Shown one piece after another: positions 1 through 15,759 of a stretch of 64,000 nucleotides of DNA; positions within the stretch are counted from its first letter, which is position 1; each line of letters opens with the position of its first letter. The stretch is from the NCBI RefSeq assembly GCF_009914755.1, contig NC_060928.1; one strand, 5' to 3'. Made by a program: the position numbers and the translations under genes. Origin of the DNA: the human T2T-CHM13v2.0 reference genome, Homo sapiens. The notes beneath the pieces are model-generated. The model did not search any database, was not told the DNA's origin, and saw only the letters and a list, made by a program, of their open reading frames with translations.

Positions 1-192
<192 letters not shown>

Positions 193-232
193 TTAATACA
201 AAAAGATGAGCCAGAAAGATGATAGCAACTTA

Positions 233-643
<411 letters not shown>

Positions 644-1150
644 CTAATAATAATATAGCCTGAAAGTTAAAGGTACTTTTGTCAAACAAATACTTCCTTC
701 TTTACCACTCTTCCTTCTCAGGTTTTTTTTTTGTTGTTGTTCTTTTTCAATTCCATCAAGTTGGAAATAATCTAATTTGCTGTTTTAAAGGCTTTTGCCA
801 GAAGCAACAAAGACAATTAAGTTGGAAGCTTGCTTTCTTACCTCCATCCTTACTCACGTTCTTGTAGCCAATAAAGCTAGTGAGAACCAGGAAGGGCTTT
901 GATTTATTTTAGATGTTAACATGATAATGCTTATTTTTCACTGACAGAAAGTTTTCTATGGAATTATGAATAATGATGAAAATTGAATACCTAGGCTGCT
1001 ATGGTCTTAAGTATAATTACCTAAAAACCTATACTATAAACTTATAAAAAACAGTTCCAGTATGTGAAATAGTACACATCCAAATTTATCTTATGACAAT
1101 GGATTCTTTTCAAGGAAAATTAGCTCATGCAACCACAAAATAAGAGTTAC

Positions 1151-1225
1151 CATAGCTGAATCCTGCAGTGGTGGGTGCATTCTTCCCTTTCACACTAACT
1201 GGGTACCGAAGCCTGGTGACAAGTC
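1151..1225 (-). CDS. TEC: TEC exon 12 (75 bp), SH2 end/linker [24 protein letters not shown]
   Basis: Manual translation; acceptor attag|GA, donor G|gtaact; phases fit both neighbours. Confidence 0.97.
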
Positions 1226-2029
1226 CTAATAATCAAAGAAAGCGTTGCAGTCAAACTCATTCATAATCATTCTGCTTGGTCACATGCTACAGGAAACTCA
1301 CTTAGAAAATTCATCATTTATTCATTTACTGCTCATCCTCTGTGTGTACATACAGCACTCTGCTATATGCTTTTATTCATTCAACAAACATTTTCTTTTA
1401 AATACTACAGTGTTTAACAGGCACCATGCCAGCTTTCTCTTTTTTCAAATATTTTAAAGGATGTTAAAAGGTTTCTAACAGTTATTTCGTGTTCTTTTCC
1501 AATATGAGAGCTGAACTATGAAAGGGAATTAGATTAGTCTGCTAAAAATGGAAGTTATTCACCTGACATGACTCAGTATTAGCAATCTTAGCATACAAAT
1601 CGGGCTCTAGGATAGCAACAACTGGGAATACCAACTACTGGAAATCAGTGTGGATCTTTTAACCCAAGTCGCATACAGCACTAAATAAGAAACAGGAGAT
1701 GTCTCTTCCATAAACACCCATAGCACTCTGTATTTCCTCTACTACAAGATATCTCAAAGCAATTTAAAATCGTTATGTACTTCTCTGTCTCCCCACAAGT
1801 GGTAGGGTCTGGGAAAATCAGGATCAGTGACTACACCTAGTCCACCACTGAAATATTGAAGTCTCCCCAAAGCCTGGCTCTGTTTCTGGCATGCAGTAGG
1901 CACTTGATATATGTTTGTTGAATGAATTGAGATGACGGTGAAAAATAAAACTTATACAGGAACACGGAAGAAAAAATTAGGGAGCAAAAACACCAAAAAA
2001 GAAAACAACAGAATGAGATATAAATTGAT

Positions 2030-3115
2030 ATGAAATCAGTTCCTGAAATGTTAAACACAGAGTTACCATATGACGCAGCATACCCATAACTAGGTAAATA
2101 CCCAAAAGAAATGAAAACATATTTCCATGCAAAAACTAGTACACAACTGTTTACAGAAGCATTATTCATAAGAGAACAAATGTGGAAACAACCCAAATGT
2201 CCATCAACTGATGAATAATAAAATCCATACAATGAATTATTTGTATACCTGGCCACAAACCAATTTCTAACAATGTGTTCAGGAAGTCCATCACAGCAAT
2301 AAACATTAATGGCAATTTACATTGTCTAGAATCCCTAGTGATATTGTCAGCAATTTTTTTCCTTAACATCGTTATATCTATAGTTTGTACATATCTAGGC
2401 TATGTCTTGGCTTCCATAAGTAGATGAAGCATGACTTTCTAATACAACAGGTGGATGGTAAGATAATCCCCCTATATTTGGAGATAGAGGGGTTGATCCT
2501 GTCTCACCATTTAGCATTATTATACTCAATTTGAAACTGTTATTTTATTTAAGAGTTAAATGTAGACTTGTATGCTGGCCTGAGAACCTAAGCATTCCAC
2601 AAATATTGTGTTAGGCTCTGGGTTGTAACTCAATAATAGGTAGAAGTTATTGTGCAATTACTATGTGTCAAGCCCTGTTCATTTTGTTTATATTATCTGA
2701 TTATTTCAATAAACTTGTGATGTATGTTTTTAAAAAAGGGAATGGAATACATCTACATACTACAACATGACAATGTCAAAAACAGTTAAGTCAGAGAAGC
2801 TTAGTCACGGAAGACCACATATTGTATAATTCCATTTATATGAAATGTCCAGAATAGGCAAATCTATAAGAGAGACAGAAAGTAGGTTAATAGTTGCCTG
2901 GGGCTGGGCTGGTGAAGGGGGATGGGATGACAATTATTTGACACAAGATTTCTTCTTGGGATGATGACAATGTTCTTTAAAAAAATTAGATTATGCTGAT
3001 AGTTGGCACAACTCTGTAAATATACTAAAAACCACTGAATTGTATACTTTAAATGGGTGAGCTTTATAGTATGTAAATTTTATCTAAATAACCATTATTA
3101 TTATCTGAAAAAAAA
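2030..3115 (+). mobile_element. Old L1M 3' end, interrupted by a ~490-bp unrelated insert (2242-2737)
   Basis: L1 3' motifs (cccaaaagaaatgaaaacatat, aaatgtccatcaactgatgaat, gaattgtatactttaaatgggtga) and an A-rich end. Confidence 0.75.
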
Positions 3116-3502
3116 GTGAACAGTCACAAAATAATAGGCTTTGCAAAGGGTGCCTTCAATAAAATTTCAAAATTTTTCATAAGTTGTGTGAAGCACTGGG
3201 CTATCCCTGCCCAGTTACATTTTTAAAGTCAAAGGCTGGAAATCTTTCTATATAATCCTGTGGAACTCTAATTTTCATGAATGTGGTTTCTGTTATTTTT
3301 TGGTATTCAGTTTGTTCCCACTCTGGTGGTAAGTGTACCAGAGATTCAAGATGGTTAACTTGTGGGACATGATTACTCTAGTCTCTGGAAACCTATAGCA
3401 TAGGACTGAATCCTGGCTTATCTGGCATCTTCTGTGACTATTCTGAAATAGACATATCTTGGACTTTAGTGTCAAGGACATATATACCACATAAATGTGA
3501 AC

Positions 3503-4132
3503 TTTTTAAACTTTTAAGTTCAGGGTTACAAGTGCAAATTGTTATATGGGTAAACTTGTGTCATGGGGGTCTGTTGTACAGATTATTTCATCACCCAGGT
3601 ATTAAGCCTAGTACCCATTAGTTGTTTTTCCTGATCCTCTCTGTCCTCCCAACCTCTACCCTCCAAAAGATGCCAGTGTGTGTTGTTCCCCTCTATGTGT
3701 CCATGTATTCCTATTATTTAGCTTCCACTTATAAGAGAGACCATGTAGTATTTGGTTTTCTGTTCCTGTGTTAGTTAGCTAAGGATAATGGCCTCCAGCT
3801 CCATCCATGTCCCTGCAAAGGACATGATCTCATTCTTCTTTTACGGCTTCATAGATTCCATGGTGTATCTGTACCAGATTTTCTTTATCCTGTCTATCAC
3901 TGATGGACATTTAGGTTAATTCCATGTCTTTGCTATTATGAATAGTGCTGCAATGAACACCCACATGCACGTGTCTTTATAATAGAATGATTTATATTCC
4001 TTTGGGTATATACCCAAGTAATGGGATTGCTGGCTTGAATGGTGTTTCTGTCTTTAGGTCTTTGAGGAATCATCACACTGTCTTCCACAATGGCGGAACT
4101 AATTTACACTGCCACCAACAGTGTATAAATGT
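3503..4132 (-). mobile_element. 5'-truncated L1P (old L1PA/L1PB) 3' end
   Basis: Typical L1P 3'UTR/ORF2-end sequence; candidate TSD aatgtgaac at 3494-3502 and 4133-4141. Confidence 0.85.
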
Positions 4133-4377
4133 AATGTGAACATTTACTATATACCACTGGAATAACTCATGTCCTAAGGTCAAGACAGAGCTTTTTATAA
4201 AACTTGATATTATTTCTAAATTTTCTTTGTATATATCATTCCTTTAATATGCAGTAATTTTAAATCAACCACATTCTACAATGAACTAACTATAAAATAA
4301 AACTGCTCAAGGAATTAATCACAGTATCTGATCATTTTAATCACTACCTTATATTTGAAGTAGGTTTTCACAGCTCA

Positions 4378-4686
<309 letters not shown>

Positions 4687-5688
4687 TCAAAGTTTTTAAA
4701 TTACTCACTGAAAACATACTTGGCCCTTTGCATGAGATTTTGAAAGAGAACATTTATGAATTCCATTTAACAACAGTTGGAAGTCTTAAAATAGCTATTA
4801 GCAGCTACTGCTTTTTGTTCCTGCTGTTGCATAAACTTACAAATGTCTAGAACACTTAAATCACCAATAGTGAATAAATTAGACTTTTAAATATTCAACT
4901 TGAGGGACCTTTCTAGAGCACAGATCTTCTCTAGTCCTCTCTTGCTAAAAATACTTTCAAGATGACTCCTGTTGCTCTTAGGGTAAAGCTCAGAGTCACT
5001 GACATTGACATGAACTTGCCTCTGCTTCAACTCTGAGGCTTCTCTCTCCTCCCTTCACTCTGTGTTCCCATTCTACCTGCAGCTACAACATACTTTTCAG
5101 TGCCTTGAACTCACCATATACTCTCTCCCGTCTAGGTCCAGGCAATTTCCTGGGTCAGAAACACTCCGTCTCCTCCCTCCAAGTTTTTCCTGCTCGCCTA
5201 TCAGGTCTCAGCCTGGATATCACTTGGGAGAGCGTTCATGACTAACTCAAGATGTGCCTGGGCTGTGTATGTACCATCCCCCATCCCCAAACCCGCCACA
5301 CACACACATTACCCTCCCACATGGCACTTACTACCATCACTCTCTGTTACTGGGCTGCAGCATCTACTAACCTACTGGTGGGCAGGGTCTCTGCCTCCTT
5401 TGCTCATATTTTTATCCTTAGTGACCAGCACAGTTCACTATAAATGTTTGTTGAATGTTACTAAAGTTATTATAGCCATACTCAACAAATATATATGAAA
5501 AACTATAAGGAAAATTACTGAAAATATAAATACAAAAAACAGTATATACACTTTAGAAATCAAGTTCAGGTTTTCTTTTTAATGGTGAAATGCTGCATAT
5601 TTTTATGAAAATTAGGAATCCATATAAACTACATAGGAAGTTCATACAAAAACTCTAAATTATAAAAAAAAATGGCAGGATTACTCAC

Positions 5689-5768
5689 CCTCCAAACTTG
5701 GTATAAAGGGAGACTGTGTACAAGCCTGGTTGACTGGAATCCCTTACCATAAAACCACCTTCTTTATC
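5689..5768 (-). CDS. TEC: TEC exon 10 (80 bp), SH2 DKEGGFMVRDSSQPGLYTVSLYTKFG
   Basis: FLVRES-like FMVRDS motif; acceptor tttag|GAT, donor GG|gtgagt. Confidence 0.97.
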
Positions 5769-6192
5769 CTAAAATCCAAGTTCAGAAAAAATTTTTTTTA
5801 CTCTAATTACTAATAGCATTGCCATGGAGAAGACTAAAGAACCTAATATTATAATTTTATGATTATTATTCTTTCCCAGAAAAAAATGCTTTGAAGAAGC
5901 ACAACTTACCAGTAGGGCCCCTTGGTTTCTCCCACCCACATGACTTTGTACTTCAAATTACTGCGCTAGGAGAGTAGTTAAGGAAATCACACTCAATTCC
6001 CCACAATCACAAATCCTCATGAATGGTGAGACATTTCAATCAGATAATCTCTCAGTGCCCTTCCAGAACTGAGAGACAAGATTTTGCAATTCCTGTAAGG
6101 CCTGGACATGTAGGAAAACTGTCATGAAAAAATGTATTTCTTAATGATTGGGTTTCATTTCATACATTTTTTGTATTTGTTATAAGCTTTGA

Positions 6193-6673
<481 letters not shown>

Positions 6674-6969
6674 TAGTTGGAAACAATGCTAAAGCACTAA
6701 AGGTCAAATCTTTCTCAGCTTCCAAACTGAAAAGCAAGAAATAGACCCTACGAACCTCAAATACCTCTCTGTCCAGTAACACTACCATCAATCTCTAGTA
6801 TTTAAATTGCTTTAAAATGAAAAGTGTGTCCTTTATTAGTTGAAAAATAAAATAAATTGTACTCTTCTTGATAGGAAAAACAATGGAATTAAATAAATAA
6901 GGCTCCACAAAAATATCTGGTAACAATTAGGGATAATAATTGTAACTGGTCAGTAAAAAGTATAACAGA

Positions 6970-7262
6970 GGCCGGACACAGCGGCTCATACCTGTAATCC
7001 CAGCACCTTGGGAGGCCGAGGCAGGCAGATCAGTTGAGGTCGTGAGTTTAAGACTAGCCTGGCCAACATGGCAGAACCCCACCTCTACTAAAAATACCCC
7101 ATCTTTACTAAAAATTAGCCAGGCGTGGTGGTGCGCGCCTGTAATCTCAGCTACTCAGGAGGCTGAGGCAAGAGAATCACTTGAATCCTGGAGGTGGAGG
7201 TTGCAGTAAGCTGAGATCATACCACTGCACTCCAGCCTGGGAGACAGAGAGAGATACTATCA

Positions 7263-7305
<43 letters not shown>

Positions 7306-7308
7306 ATA
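6970..7308 (+). mobile_element. AluS with (TAAA)n tail
   Basis: ggccggacacagcggctcatacctgtaatccc start; (TAAA)n at about 7263-7308. Confidence 0.93.
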
Positions 7309-7329
7309 CAGTCTAACAGCAACCCACTT

Positions 7330-7560
7330 ATTTATCGAAAATTTATTCTGTTCTAATGTTCTAGCATATTAATTTATTTAATCATCGAAACAGTCCTATT
7401 ACATAGGTACTATTGTTATTCCCACATTATTTCACAGGTAAGGAAATGAGAACAGAAAGACTGGCTGGGTAATTTGCACCAGGTCATGCAGCTAGTAAGT
7501 AGCAGAGCCAGGATTTGGTCCCCAGGCTGCCATTTAGCTACTCACTCCCCTACATCTGCC
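7330..7560 (-). mobile_element. MIR
   Basis: MIR core-like sequence (ggtactattgttattccc ... gctagtaagtagcagagccaggattt). Confidence 0.65.
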
Positions 7561-8263
7561 TCTCACTGTAGGGTCTCCAGAGAGTCATGGAAGAATCCTG
7601 TGGGCATGGTTATGTGTAGTTGTCAAGCAAAGTCACCTACTATTGTTTTTTTAACATCAACTACAAAAACAAGCACTCAACAAAATCTTGAGCATGATAA
7701 TAAGCAGGAGGTAAAATGAGAAAGCATGAGTTTAAAAGGCTGGAAACAATAACTAAATAGAATACTAAATCAGAAATGCAGAGAATTGTAGAGATCATCT
7801 TCTAGTCTAACTCCTTTTCTTACAGATGCAAAAAGTAGACTAGAAAAGTCACAGGTAGACCCAGGTCCCCTTACTCAGCACAGAGTAGTTCCCTCTATAC
7901 ATTTTACCCTTTCATTTTATTTCTTTTTAAAGGTATAGCAATTTCAGCACATTTATTTCTAAATGGAATTAAACATCTATTAACGCTTTATTTATAAAAG
8001 ACATTATGTAATATCAATGTAAATTATTTTAAAATAACTAACTTCAAGCCAAAAAAAAAAAAGAAATACTTAAGTACTAAAAGTCAAGGGAGCAAATGAT
8101 CAATCAGGAAGAAAGCATTAGAGTAAGCTTGCCCCTCATGCTAAGGAAAGTGAAAGTGCAACAATTGCAGGAAAATGAGGATGAGCCACTACAGGAGACT
8201 CTCCCGGCCAGGGAATACACTGCTGCAGAACTCAGAGATTGCAAAGACCTTTAACCAACTACT

Positions 8264-8364
8264 GGGTGGTCCTAGCACAGTAGTGTTTACTACTAATTGA
8301 TGACAACCAGTTACAGATTTCTTTTTTCCTTCTCTACTCCCACTGCGTCACTTGATTAGCCTTT
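8264..8364 (+). pseudogene. Y3 RNA (RNY3-derived) retropseudogene
   Basis: Near full-length match to recalled hY3 (GGCTGGTCCGAGTGCAGTGGTGTTTACAACTAATTGATCACAACCAGTTACAGATTTC...CACTTGACTAGCCTTT) with scattered substitutions; A/AAC-rich tail resumes at 8499; caactac flanks both sides. Confidence 0.9.
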
Positions 8365-8366
8365 AA

Positions 8367-8496
8367 CCCATTTATGCCTAGTGTTCCATTATTGGAACAC
8401 TAAGCTGTGGGAGTTATTTATATTCTACTGCTCAAAGTCATCACCAAGGTCTGATTTTTCACACACAAAAAATTTGCAACCTCCAGCACAAATGAG
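8367..8496 (+). mobile_element. MER85 piggyBac (PGBD3-family) MITE
   Basis: CCCATTTATGCCT terminus, internal GTTCCATTATTGGAAC palindrome, TTAA TSDs at 8363-8366 and 8497-8500. Confidence 0.92.
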
Positions 8497-10981
8497 TTAA
8501 AAACAACAACAACAACAACTACCTAGGGAACCCCTGGCTGCTTGGATGGTCTAACTGCGGGACACAGTGGGTGATGGTATTTCCCTAGCCAGGAATGAAG
8601 CAGAAAAAAATGAGTGACATTACTACCCACCCAGCCCTGCAGCAACGCCTTCATAATGCAAGGCATACACAAGGGAATTGTAGCCTTATGGCCTGGATCA
8701 TTCTGGCTGTGACAGAGGTTTGGCCTAATGAAGGAAATTTACCAGGAGGGACAACCTTGTGGTGGTCAGTGGAAAGCCCCAGGGGCTTCTCTAAGAATTA
8801 AGAATGAGGTAAACCATCTATGCTCAGGTTTTCATGGGACTTGATAAAGCAACTTTTACTTTCAGGATGAAAAATAAATTGCTACAGGGTATGCTGTGCT
8901 AACAAAAGGGAAAATGAAAACTATCTGAAAGCTGGCAGTGACAACTCCTTATGAAAGCTGTAAGGTTTGCTCCTGTGTGCCTGTATGCCTATATGTCTAT
9001 ATGTGTTATGTGTGTGTGACATTTCTATGTGATCTAAGAAAACTTTTGGTAAATGAAACTAGTTTTTAAATTGTTGGTAAAATAAAATAGAAACATCTTC
9101 AGAATTTAATTCAGACATTTTGCCTAGACCTACTGGTCAGACAGGTTTAGGTTGTCTCTGATTAAGGTCATAAAACTGCTGCTTCTGTGACCTTCTTGAC
9201 ACTTGCTTGACTTGCATGTGAGCTTAATTAAAATTAATCACTTCCTAGATTTTTTACTGGAAATTAGTACTACTAAGAATTACAATAGTAGTTAGTGTAT
9301 GTAATTAAAACTACCACATGTAAGAGAAACAATTCTATATACACAGTGTATAAAGAAAGGAAGATGAGTTTTTGGTGAAGAAGGCTACATAAAAGATAGG
9401 ATATGGTTTTTGCTTAAGAAAAAGTAATTTTTTCTAGTTTAGAGGTTATTTAAAGGTTGTTTCAAAATGAAGGGAAAAAATGATATAGATAAAACTAAAT
9501 GGGTAGAAAGAGAATGAAGAAAAAGAAAGGAAAGAGTCATGGAACTTGTCCCAGCAGGGAGGAAATCTTTGGATGGTTATTAAAAAAATCAAATGAATAA
9601 AATGGAAATTTATGGGGTTAAAACAAGGGTCTTAATACAACACTATTGAAGGTTGTGTGGACTAAAAGAAGCCCCTGCTGAGTCCCCAACATTAAAGAGC
9701 CCAAAATTAGTTTGCTATATCCCCAGTCTGCAGAAACTTAAAAAGCTAAAAGACAGGGATTATAATGATAAGGCTGACCAACAATTGTTTCAGGGCAAAA
9801 CTGAAGCAGGTTAATCAAGATAAAGACTGACAAAAGGGCCAGGGTCCCTTGGCTCAACCCCCTACTGGGAACCTAAAGCCTTTTGCACAACAGAGGGTAA
9901 AATGTTCTGGAGGTAGAGAAAAGAAGTTCCTAGGACTAAAACATAAAATCATAAAGGTTTATAAGACTATGAAAGTTGGAATGTTTGAACAGGCTTTATG
10001 TAAAGTAGCTGTGTCTCCTTTATCTATATGTTTTATGGGAATGAACATTGTATCTGACTAGGGAATGTTTCTTCTATTGTAAAACAGAGGGCATGTAAAT
10101 CTGCCTTTCAAGCAATATTAATTGGACATGATAAATGGGAGCCAGTATAACTGCCCAAGCTCATAGCGTAGAGGAAGTTGGAATGCTGGTAGGGACAAAT
10201 TTTCTACTTGATAGTCTTTTGTTGAGTGTTTAGTAGGTCTTATGGCAAAAGCCAGTTAGCACCTCCCAGTGACAACTACTGGGACTCTGGACTACAGAAC
10301 TTCTACTAGACGGGCATTTACTGCCTTGCTATGGATGCTAACTATAGCTACATCTATGACTGAAGAATATAAAATGATCTTGACACCTGAAATGTCCATG
10401 CTGTTTCAGGTGATGTCAGAGGAACACTCTAATAGAGACAGCAGTATCTAAAAGAGTTCCATCATAAAATGGAAATAGTTGATACAGGATCACACTATCT
10501 GGTGGGTGCAAGGAGGAGACACTCATGAGCAGGGGGCTTCTCTAACCCAAAGACTGACTCTGGAACTGTGTGAGTAGCTGCTGGATTCTACAGTGCCCAA
10601 TAAACAGCTCTCAACTGACCTACCAAGAGTTGCTAGGTTTGTGGATGGCAGTTCCAAGGTGAATGGACAACATCCTGTGCAGAAGACTGCTACTCTGAAG
10701 AAGAGTCAAGAAAATGTGTTTTTGTGTGTTTTGAACTATTTAAAACTTACAGCAATTGAGTAAAGTATACTTTTGAGAGCCAAACTGAAGCACTAACTAT
10801 TCTCTCTACCTGATTTCTTCAAAATTTAGAAGCTATTTGTGAGTATTCTTATTTTGTGGCAATACAGTTACTTGCATAAGTTCAATAAGAATATGTTTTC
10901 TTTTGTAACAGGACATACTGGGGACACCACTGCTACAATAACCACACTGGTTATTTTACCAAGGCTTTGGGTATATGAAAT

Positions 10982-11420
10982 TGTAAGGGCCAGTTTCAAG
11001 GTGTAGCGTGTAGGAAAACAGCCTGTTACATGGCAAGAGTGATGTAACCTTGAAGTGAAACCGCAATGATGACCAGTGCTCGATCCCCACTTATCAAGGT
11101 GTTCTGCAGCAAGGTGTTTAAACAATGCTTTCATAAAGATGTTTATCTAACCTCACCAGTGGTCATGTGTGTTGGTAAGAAAGGCTGAAGACATGTCCAG
11201 CTGCACATGTTTCACCCTAAAAGTTTGCTATATAAAGAATAATGTCCAGAGGGCAGGTGTGGGGATAACTGTCCTGAGGCCACCCATGATTACTTCTGTT
11301 TGTAAGTCCCTATTAAATATTTATTTCTAGAAACTGAATTTGTCAGCCTCTTTCTTCAGCCTCTCAGCTCCCTCAGCCTCTGGGAATAGTTTTGCATAGA
11401 CTTGCTCACTGCTGAACACA
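10982..11420 (+). mobile_element. 3' LTR of the ERV (ERVL class, possibly LTR47-like)
   Basis: TG...CA ends, TATA-like ctatataaag near 11228, ATTAAA near 11312, U5-like end. Confidence 0.55.
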
Positions 11421-11509
11421 TTTAGAAAGAGAGATATGTGGAACTACTTATTATGGACTCATTAAAATTAATTTGCCCTTAAGCCAAACCCACAAGTACA
11501 AACACTTAC

Positions 11510-11564
11510 TTCACTGCGGAGGAGTTGCTCTGCCTTGCTTCTATTCATATTTCTGCAATACCAT
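11510..11564 (-). CDS. TEC: TEC exon 9 (55 bp), SH2 start [18 protein letters not shown]
   Basis: Manual translation; acceptor ttcag|A, donor GAA|gtaagt. Confidence 0.96.
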
Positions 11565-12354
11565 CTGAACAGAAAAAACAATACATTTCAGGCCTCAGGT
11601 TTTTAGGATATATTTTATTCTTTTCAGAATTAATAAAGTAATTCTGCTCATCAATAATAAATATAACAAATAAGAACAAGATATCACTCATAATTTCAAT
11701 AATAGACAACTAATAATTTTGATGTATATACTTCCAGACTTTTTCTACCCATATTTCTATGAAAACATGTATGTATGCCCATATTCTTATGTTTCATTAA
11801 AGTGAGATCAAACTACATAGGCTATACGATAACCTGAATTTTTCATATAACATTATAGGATATTTTTGCAAATCAATATAGGTCTACATATGATAGTATG
11901 CATGTGTCATAATTTATTTAAGCTCTTCTTCACTGTTCAACATAAAAATCATTTTTAATTTTTCACTACTAGAATCATGGCAAGAATGAATTTTACTCCA
12001 CTGACTAAAACATGCAGGAAGTGTCCCTTTGTATTATTGTCTGTAATTCAAACTAAATCTTATTCCAAGCCCTCCTCCTATCAATATGGCAGCAGATTTC
12101 ATCTCAAGTCATAATGGAGGCTCCCTCAATGAATTTCACAAAGGTCCCAGGTGACAAAAGAAATGGCAAAACATAAGCACAGGCCTCCTGGGTCTTCAGA
12201 CTTACTGGTTTCCAGCAGAACCCCAAGCCCTGTGGTTGCCCAAGACTCTATTGTAGAAATGTCTACCATGACCAAGCAGCTGGTCTTCCCTCCCACCAGA
12301 TCTTTCCACCACCCTGTGCCACATCCCAAGGCCCTGCCAATCTGCACCGCTTCT

Positions 12355-12742
<388 letters not shown>

Positions 12743-14004
12743 TAATCAATCCCTCCATGTGATTTAAGCAAATAGGCTATAAGAACATAGACAATTTTCT
12801 TCGGTCTTTGGTTTTAAACTTATTTTGTTAGATCCTTACTTGTTGGCAAAGAATTCTCCACCACAGTCATATACCCTGAGAATTCAAATGTTATAAAATC
12901 AGCTCAGCTCCTCTGGACATTTAAATTTCCCAGTACTGCTTCAGCCTTCCATAAGAGAACCAGCACCTGCTTTTGGCCCAGCAAAAACCCTAAAACAGGG
13001 AAACACAGGCCTTCCCTGACTAAAGAAGGGAAAAACACAAAGAACAAAAAAGACAATACAAGATCTTTTTCTGTCCAGATTCTTTTATATAGTAGCCAAA
13101 TGCAAATTACAGCCTCAATCCAAGCTAAAGACTGTTAGATATTTTATTTGGAATCGGAGGTGTTGAACCAGGCCTCAGAATTGCAAACATCTCATTACAT
13201 GGATCCCGCTTTATAAAATGAGACCAAGTTCAACAAAATTGCAGTTGTGATCAATACATTTCTGAATGCAATTAAGAAATATAGTAAATTAGGAGAACAG
13301 AATTCTGACCCTAACGCTTTTCCACTGATATAAGAAACATTTGTCAAGTGCCAAAAACATTCACAAAAATTAACTAAGGAAACACACCTGGAGCTTTAAT
13401 TATGAATTATAAAGTAGCAGGATTTGAGAGACTGAAAAAAAGTTATTAAAAACAGAAGATCCAGTCCATCTTCACAATAAGAGTAAGCAAAGGTGGTTTC
13501 ATCTTGGGTTCAGATACAAGAAATCAGTGAAGCTAAATTGTAGCTCTCAAGAGGAAACCAAACATAAGATACTCAGAAAAAGAAGGAGGTCCCTTCCTCA
13601 TCTACTGTTTCCAGCTCCTCAGAAGGAGGAGGAAAGAAGGAATCCACTGCACAAAAGGAAGGCTCTTGAAAATCCTGTTCTGAGGGATCATTTTTATGGT
13701 GTTGGCAAGTTCCCTGGAAAGGATGTTCCCTGGAAAGGATGTTCCCTTCTTTGGGATATCAATTCAGACCTTTAAGTGTCTGTTGAAAGACAGAAAGGAG
13801 GAAGGAGTCATACACAAATAAATAAATGAATTAACTCATGGTCGGGATTTTCTAACAGTTCAGTTCTTGGTGGCTTCTTTCTCCTCTCCTGTGATTATCT
13901 ATCTCCAGGCAAGAAAAAAAAAAAAAAGACAACAAAGGCTCCCCTGAATTCTCCTGTCAGGAATAACTATACACACAGGTAAAATGTGACACAGATACCA
14001 CACA

Positions 14005-14869
<865 letters not shown>

Positions 14870-15274
14870 GTCAGGTGCTGCTCTAAGCACGTTACATTTA
14901 TTACCTCATTTCATCCTCACAACTCTTAGGAGGTTAAGTAGTATTATCACCACTGTTTTGCAAATGAAAAAACTGAGAAACAGAGAAGCAAAATATATCT
15001 CAAGGGCATACAGCTGGGAAACAGCAAAGCCAAAAACTGAACCAAAGGTCTGGTCTCAAAGCCTGTGCAGTGCTAAAATGGTTCCTATTGACCTTTTAAA
15101 GATGAGAAAACTGATTCTAAGAGGTTAAAATTTGCCTACTGTTATGCTAATCAATGGGGTCCTGAAGTAGAACACACACCCAAGCCTAATTCCAATGCTG
15201 GGAACAACCATGTTGCCAGCGCAGCAGTCCAGAGACAGGAGAAAGAGGGCCCAACAATTGAAAGAAAAACCTTT

Positions 15275-15759
<485 letters not shown>

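Larger units (their letters stand above)
8100..10980 (+). mobile_element. Degenerate ERV internal region (ERVL-like gag/pol remnants with a MER4-group-like AT-rich segment)
   Basis: RNase H-like peptide FVDGSSKVNGQH at 10638-10673; no intact ORF; followed by an LTR. Confidence 0.6.

Noticed and set aside
8264-8364. Functional Y RNA gene
   Set aside because: It has substitutions in the stems, an A-rich tail with a TSD-like repeat, and no evident upstream type-3 Pol III promoter, so it is a retropseudogene.
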